Assembly: GCF_009914755.1 (NCBI RefSeq)
Contig: NC_060942.1
Length of the DNA stretch: 64,000 bases
Direction: 5' to 3' (one strand)
DNA from: the human T2T-CHM13v2.0 reference genome, Homo sapiens
A program made the translations under genes and the position numbers. A model generated the notes under the pieces. The model was not told where the DNA came from and ran no database searches. It saw only the letters and a program-made list of their open reading frames with translations. Positions 55,281-64,000 of the stretch are shown piece by piece (positions within the stretch are counted from its first letter, which is position 1; each line of letters opens with the position of its first letter).

Positions 55281-57556
55281 TTTTTTTTTCTTATACTTTA
55301 AGTTCTGGGGTACATGTACAGAATGTGCAGTTTTGTTACATAGGTATACATGTGCCATGGTGGTTTGCTGCATCCATCAACCTGTCACCTACATTAGGTA
55401 TTTCTCCTAATGCTATCCCTCCCCTTGCCCCCCACCCCCCGACAGGCCCTGATGTGTGATGTTCCCCTCCCTGTGTCCATGTGTTCTCATTGTTCAACTC
55501 CTACTTACAAGTGAGAAGATGCAGTGCTTGGTTTTCTGTTCCTGCGTTGGTTTGCTGAGAATGATGGTTTCCAGCTTCATCCATGTCCCTGCAAAGGACA
55601 TGAACTCATCCTTTTCTATGGCTGCATAGTATTCCATGGTGCATATGTCCACATTTTCTTTATCCAGCCTATCATTGATGGACGTTTGGGTTGGTTCCAA
55701 GTCTTTGTTATCGTGAATAGTGCTGCAATAATCTTACATGTGCCTGTATCTGTATACTAGAATGATTTATAATCCTTGGGGTATATACCTAGTAATGGGA
55801 TTGCTGGGTCAAATGGTATTTCTAGTTCTAGATCCTTGAGGAATTGCCACACTGTCTTCCACAATGGTTGAACTAATTTACACTCCCACCAACAGTGTAA
55901 AAGTGTTCCTATTTCTCCACATCCTCTCTAGCATCTGTTGCTTCCTGACTTTTTAATGATAGCCATTCTAACCGGTGTGAGATGGTATCTCATTGTGGTT
56001 TTGATTTGCATTTCTCTAATGTCCAGTGATGATGAGCTTTTTTTCATATGTTCATTAGATGCACAAATGTCTTCTTTCTAGACGTGTCTGTTCATATCCT
56101 TTGCCCACTTTTTGATGGTGTTGTTTGTTTTTTTCTTGTAAATTTGTTTAAGCTCTTTGTAGATTCTGGATATTAGCCATTTGTCAGATGGATAGATTGC
56201 AAAAATTTTCTCCCATTCTGTAGGTTGCCTGTTCACTCTGATGATAGTTTCTTGTGCTGTGCAGGAGCTCTTCAGTTTACTTAGATCCCATTTGTCAATT
56301 TTGGCTTTTGTTGCCAATGCTTTTGGTGTTTTAGGCATAAAATCTTTGCCCATGCCTAGGTCCTGAATGGCACTGCCTAGGTTTTCTTCTAGGATTTTTA
56401 TGGTTTTAGGTCTTATGTTTAAGTGCTTAATCCATCTTGAGTTAATTTTTGTACAAGGTGTAAGGAAGGGGTCCAGTTTCAGTTTTCTGCCTATGGCTAG
56501 CCAGTTTTCCCAACACCACTTATTAAAGACAGAATCCCTTCCCCATTGCTTGTTTATGTGAGGTTTGTCAAAGATCAGATGGTTGTAGATGTGTGTGATT
56601 TCTGAGGCCTCTGTCCTGTTCTATTGGTCTATATCTCTGTTTTGGTACCACTGCCATGCTGTTTTGGTTGTTGTAGCCTTGTAGTATAGTTTGAAGTCAG
56701 GTACCGTGATGCCTCCAGCTTTGTTCTTTTTGCTTAGGATTGCCTTGGCTATGCAGGCTCTATTTTGGTTCCATATGAAGTTTAAAGTAGTTTTTTTCCA
56801 ATTCTGTGAAGAAAGTCAGTGGGAGCTTGATGGGGATAGCATTGAATCTATAAATTACTTTGGGCAGTATGGACATTTTCATGATATTGATTCTTCCTAT
56901 CCATGAGCATGGAATGTTTTTCCATTTGTTTGTGTCCTCTCTTATTTCCTTGAGCAGTGGTTTATAGTTCTCCTTGAAGAGGTCTTCACATCCCTTGTAA
57001 GTTGTATTCCTAGGTATTTTATTCTCTTTGTAGCAGTTGTGAATGTGAATTCATTCATGATTTGGCTGTTTGTCTGTTATTGGTGTATAGGAATGCTTGT
57101 GATTTTTGCACATTGATTTTGTATCCTGAGACTTTGCTGAAGCTGCTTATCAGCTTAAGGAGATTTGGGGCTGAGACGATGGGGTTTTCTAAATATACGA
57201 CCATGTCATCTGCAAACAGAGACACTTTGACTTCCTCTTTTCCTATTTGAATACGCTTTATTTCCTTCTCTTGCCTGATTGCCCTGGCCAGAACTTCCAA
57301 TACTATGTTGAATAGGAGTGGTGAGAGAGTGCCGGTTTTCAAAGGGAATGCTTCCAGTTTTTGCCCATTCAGTATGATATTGCCTGTGGGCCTATCATAA
57401 ACAGCTCTTATTATTTTGAGATGCGTTCTATTGATACCTAGTTTATTGAGAGTTTTTAGCATGAAGGGGTGTTGAATTTTGTTGAAAGCCTTTTCTGCAT
57501 CTATTGAGATAATCATGTCGTTTTTGTCATTGGTTCTGTTTATGTGATAGATTACG
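55281..57556 (-). mobile_element. L1PA 3' 2.3 kb
   Basis: Well-preserved ORF2 pieces ([14 protein letters not shown]; [23 protein letters not shown]) and an L1PA 3' UTR. Confidence 0.95.
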
Positions 57557-57872
<316 letters not shown>

Positions 57873-58427
57873 ATGTCTCTGCTTTTTTTTTATTATTAAT
57901 TTTAAAATTTTTCATTTCCATAGGTTTTGGGGAACAGGTGATATTTGGTTACACAAGTAAGTTCTTTGGTAGTTATTTGTGAGATTTTGGTGTACCCATC
58001 ACCCAAGAAGTATACACTGAAGCCAATTTGTATGCTTTTATCCCTCGCCCCTTCCCACACTTTCCCCCTGCGTCCACAAAGTCTATTGTATCATTCTTTT
58101 GCCTTTGCATCTTACAGTTTAGCTTCCACTTATGAGTGAGAGCATGCGATATTTGGTTTTCCATTCCTAAATTACTTCATTTACAATAGTAGTCTCCAAT
58201 CCCATCCCAGTTGCAGTGAATGCCATCAATTCATTCCCTTTTATGGCTGGGTAGTAGTCCATCACATATATGTTTCTTTATCCACTTGTTAATTGATGGA
58301 CAATTCCCATTTTTGCAATTGCAAATTGTGCTGCTATAAACATGCATGTGCAAGTATCTTTCTCGTACAATGACTTCTTTTCCTCTTAGTAGATATCCAG
58401 TAGTGGGATTATTGGATCAAATGGTAG

Positions 58428-59160
<733 letters not shown>

Positions 59161-60404
59161 GCGTTCCCTGCTCATCATATCCATGCCAACATCTATTTTT
59201 TTTTAAATTTTTTGACTATGGCCATTCTTTCAGGAGTAAGGTGGTATCAAATTGTGATTTTGATTTGCATTTCCCTGATCGTTAGTGATGTTGAGCATTT
59301 TTTCATATGTTTGTTGGCCATCTGTATATCTTCTGAGAACTATCTATTCATGACTTTAACCCACTTTTGGATGGGATTGTTTGTTTTTTCTTGCTAATTT
59401 CTTTGAGTTTGTTGTAGATTCTGAATGAGTTCCTTTGTCGGATGTGTAGATTGTGAAGATTTTTTCCTACTCTGGGGGTTGTCTGTTCACTCTGCTGACT
59501 GTTGCTTTTGGTGTACAAAAGTTCTTTAGTTTCCACATAAAACTCTACTTTGGTGGTAAGAAATCAAGCTAAATGAGTTGATTACATTGTAGAGTGAGGA
59601 GAGGAAATTCTGAGAAGTTCACTTAAAATATTGAGATACCAGAAGTTCAATATCTCTGGGTCCACATTACACAAACCCATTCTGGAGAAAGTTATTTCCC
59701 AGTAGCCCAAGAGAAGTTTCCATTAAAACCTGTGCAACTGTTAACTGTCAGTCAAAGCTGTACCACGAAAAACCACACATCTCACATAGGCCTCTTTCCA
59801 GTGACTGTGTTCACCCCTGCCCTCCAGGGCTGTGGAGTTGCTGCCATGGGGCCACTATGCTGATTCTCTGCTTGCCCTGGACTCAGGACAGTTATTTTTG
59901 TTGACTTGAAAGCCTCAGGGCATACTGCTCACATGAATCTAGGGCTGAGAAGCCCATAAAATGCCCTCAGGAAAAACATGTGATTGCTATAAAAAAATGA
60001 AGCTTAAAGATCTAAAATGTCATAAAAGAAAACAAATAACTAAAATATCTTGTGTATTTCATTTTAAAATGCATTGTATTCATATTTTTCTACATTTTGA
60101 AACAATAGAGTTTGGGCAAGTAATCAGTTACTTAAACTAAAACTCAGCTTAATAAAATTGAATTTTATTAGCCTTTAAAACAAGCAAAAGTTTAAAATAA
60201 ATGGAAGCATAAGAAAAGGAGAAATATCTTTTGATTTGTTCTCAATTCCACCGTAGTGTTTGTTGCTTTCACTGAAGAGAACAAGACCCTCAGAGACATT
60301 TTCTTAAGATCAGTTAAATAATGTTTATGTATGTGCTATAAACAAGTAGGTTTTATTTGTCAAGTATTCCCTTATAGTCAGATTTCTTGAGTGCAAATAT
60401 GTAT

Positions 60405-60885
60405 TAATTAAGGTGAAATTCACATAATAAAAAATAGATCATTTCAAGTTGAATAATTCAATGGCATTTAGTCCATTCACCATGTTGTGCAATTATTTGG
60501 AAGTAAATAACTTCCAAAACATTGTCGTCACTCCAAAAGCAGCCATTAAGCAGCTGCTCTCCATTCCCCCATCCCAACCCCTGGCAACTGTAAGTCAGCT
60601 TTCTGTCCCTATGGATTTTTCACATAAATGTAATCATACAGTATGTGGCCTTTTGTGTCTCACTTTTTTCACTTGGTATAATGTTTTCAAGGCTCATTCA
60701 CCTTGTAGCATGTATCAGTACTTCATTCTTTTTATGGCTAAATATTATTCCATTGTATGCAGGGAATTTTTTTCATCCATTCACCTATTTGGGTTGTTTA
60801 TACAGTTTAGCTACTGCTGCTGTGATCATGCACATACATGTATTTGTTTGAGTACCTGATTGCAATTATTTTATGTACATACTTT
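60405..60885 (-). mobile_element. L1MB-type 3' end
   Basis: aaggtgaaattcacataa...ggcatttagtccattcaccatgttgtgcaa. Confidence 0.8.
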
Positions 60886-61329
60886 ATATATCCAGTTGCA
60901 AAAGTGAACTGCTTCTGCTGCTTTGAAGGCCTCTAACTCTCCCATCCCAAATTTATATCTCTGACCAAAGGAGCTGTGGGGAGGGGTCCCAAGAACTAAA
61001 GATTAAAGGAAAAATCCTTATGAGAAGAGAGCAAGAAAAATTATCATCTAATTTGTTATAAATCAATAAGAGTCCCAGTGTTGCCCCAAATCATGCACTC
61101 ATGGAACAGCCCTCAAAAAGCTTTGAGACCTGAACTGTGACATAAAGAACTGTCCAACTCCCAAACTGATAATTGAATGGTGCATGTTCAAGAGAGACCC
61201 AAATGTTATGGCAAAGGTTTTGAGAACTGAACTGACATTGGAACCACTACTCAGAGAGTGAGACAAAGCTTTCAGCCTGAGACCAACCAGATTGACTGCC
61301 TGCAAAAAAAAAAAAAAGAAAGAAAGAAA

Positions 61330-62390
61330 GAAACAATGAAAACTTAAACATTCTGCAGAAGATTTTAATATGACCCAGAGTCACATAACGTAATATTCAA
61401 AATGTCAAGGATATAATCCCAAATTATTTGATAAACAAAGAACCAGGAAAATCTGATCAATTATCAATAGAAAAGACAATCAACAGATGCCAACCCTGTA
61501 ATTACACAACTGTTGAAGTTATTAGAAAATGATTTTAAACCAACCATTATAACCAGGCTCCATGATGTAAAAGTAAACCATGTTGAAATAAATATAAAGA
61601 TAAACATTATCAGCAGAGAAATACAAACTACAAAAATTAATCAAATAAAAATATTAACAACAGAAAAAATACAACACTGTATCTGAAATTAAACATTCAC
61701 TTAATGGTCTCAAGAGCAGAGTGGTAATGACAAAAAATGAGTTAGTAATGATGAAGAAATTAATAGAAATTACCCCATCTGAAGAACAGAGAGCAAAAGA
61801 TTGAAAAAAGTTAATAAAACCTCAGAGACTTAAGGGACAAAATAAAAAGGTCTATCATTTGCATCATTAGAGTTATCAAAGGAGAGCAGAAAGATTGGTT
61901 CAGAAAAAAAATTTGGATAATACAGTATTTTAACATTCCAGAAATTTGGTGAAGACATAATGTACACATTCAATAAGCTCAGCAAATCCTAAGTAGGATG
62001 AACTCAAAGAAACCACTCCCAGATACATAACTAACCTGTTGAAAAACTAATATAACTAAAGAATGAAAACAGAGAAAAATGTCACATTATGTGTAGGGAG
62101 AAAACAATTTAAAGACCACATATTTTTCATCACAAACTATGAAGACTAGCATACAGTGGAACAATATCTTTAAATCTGCAAAAGAAAAGAATTATAAACT
62201 TAGAATTTTATACCCTGTGAAACTGTCCTTCAGGAATGAGGCAAAAAGAAAATATCCTCAGAGGAAGGAAAATTAACCTGCTATCAAAGCAATGCTAATG
62301 TAAGTTCTTCAGCCTGAAGGGAAATGGTACCAAAAAAACACGTGGAATTCATGAAATGAAGAAGAGCAACAGAAATGGATTAAAAAGATA
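61330..62390 (+). mobile_element. Old L1M ORF1 region
   Basis: Decayed ORF1-like tracts (aagctcagcaaatcctaagtaggatgaactc; agtggaacaatatctttaaa). Confidence 0.7.
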
Positions 62391-62397
62391 TTTGTTT

Positions 62398-62435
62398 ACA
62401 CACACACACATACACATACACACACACACACACAC
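62398..62435. repeat. Interrupted (CA)n
   Basis: CA run with two TA interruptions. Confidence 0.92.
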
Positions 62436-63402
62436 TCCTTAATTACAGTCTTGCTCCAGTTAATTCATGGAATTTCTAGAAAAAAATCTCTCTTTTTTGG
62501 ATTTGGAAATACTTGGTGTGTACAGAAATAATTGAGGGTATTATGTTGCCCACGTGTTTTAACTAGGCACCTTCATTTATATAAGAAATATGAGTATATT
62601 TAAATCTGAATAATTCAAAGATGTGTCACCTAATAAATATCCACTCATAACTCATGCTAACTCCAAAATTATTTCCAAAAGTAACCCAGACAATAGATTT
62701 GCAAAATAAGTAATCTATGGCTATAATGGCATAATACCAAACTATACACTTATATACTATTTTTTCTGTGATTATTAGAATGCCAACAGAATAAATTTGA
62801 TGTTAATATTAACTGAGAAAATTAACAATAAGGAAAGGAAGTAGAGTTTTTAAACAAATTTTAGCATGTTTTATTCATACATTTTATTTATTTCTGATAT
62901 ATTTTCTCAAATACAGCAAAAAAAAAAAAAAAAAGAAAGATTGTCACTGCGTAGATTCCAGTCAGGAACTGGGATTTAAACAAACATTTAAATCTAATGC
63001 CTCATTTACTCTACTTCTGAAAGTAATTCAGAGGCTATTTCCTTAGCCAACATTTCCCATTCTGTAGCTTTCAATGATTTAAATGTGGCATGCAAATGTG
63101 GAGGATCCATGGTTCTTTGGAGTGTGCCAATTTTTGTAAACTAAGTTTGAAATTTTCCACTTAAGAAACAATCCACGCCAAAAAATGTCAGAAATTTTTA
63201 AAGGAGAACTCTGAGCCTCCTCAGTGGAAAGGCAACAGCAAAAAAAAAAAAAAAAATCAGTTTATAGATAAGTTAATGTATTGGATACCAAATCTGCGTA
63301 GAGTTTGAAGAGTTCTGTATTTCAAAGTCTTCTTCAGCTCACCTCCAAGTTGATATTTTGATCTTTTATTTACAGCTCAATTAGAAAAACCTAGTAAAAG
63401 CA

Positions 63403-63747
63403 CAGTTGGTCCTCCATATCTGTGGACTCCATATCCAGTAGATTCAACCAACCATGGATGAAAAATATATTTTTTAGAAAGATGTTTTAGTCTGTGCTGA
63501 ACATTCACAGACCTTTTCTTTTCTTGTCCTTATTCTCTAAAAGAGATAGTATGACAACCATTTGCATTGTATTTATATAGTTTTTTGTAATATAAATAAT
63601 CTAGAGATTATTTAAAACATATGGGAGAACGAGCATGGGTTATAAGCAAATATTATGCCATTTTATATAAGACTCTTGAGCACCCAAGGATTTCAGCATC
63701 TTGGGGGATACTGGAAGCAATCACCCATGAATACTAAGAGACAACTG
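63403..63747. mobile_element. MER2-like TcMar-Tigger DNA transposon (non-autonomous)
   Basis: Terminal inverted repeats CAGTTGGTCCTCCATATCTGTGG ... CCATGAATACTAAGAGACAACTG, with TA on the right flank; about 345 bp. Confidence 0.88.
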
Positions 63748-64000
63748 TACTCTGCAGTTCATGCACTTGGACTACATTAGAAAAAATTTAGAAAAATTGT
63801 CTTAGAAAGCAAGTATTTATATTTAAAGAATTTCCCACAATTTTATGCTCCAGGTGGAACAAATAAAAAGCAAATTGATACATAAAACTGGGAATTTTCT
63901 TCTAAATTCTAAATGAGATTAAATACAAACACCTATGAGCTGGGAAGAATGTGCTGGGACTTCGAAATAAACTCAGAAGTCAACCTTGTAGGTTAAGTAC

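Overview
Primate (very likely human) genomic DNA, AT-rich and dominated by interspersed repeats. The only recognisable protein-coding sequence is one 126-nt exon on the minus strand (43581-43706). It encodes GHTGRLLKSLCFISLSFLLLHIIFHITLVSLEAQHRIAPGYN, which I recognise as the N-terminal region of the mechanosensitive channel PIEZO2 (by my recollection coding exon 3). The whole window is therefore probably PIEZO2 intron on either side of that exon. The rest is Alu, L1 (PA/PB/M), L2, MIR, MaLR/ERVL/ERV1 LTRs (including a complete THE1A with TSD), a MER2 DNA transposon and microsatellites. Almost all ORFs in the track are repeat-derived or chance. I see no new multi-gene system. The most notable structures are: (1) a local inversion that splits an MLT2A LTR, supported by its displaced TSD; (2) a candidate 16-nt poison microexon and a candidate AG|GT recursive splice site about 4.1-4.5 kb downstream of the exon; (3) inverted Alus bracketing the in-frame exon; (4) a 33-bp templated copy inside a nested MIR. 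Repeat subfamily names come from memory of consensus sequences, and boundaries of old elements are approximate.
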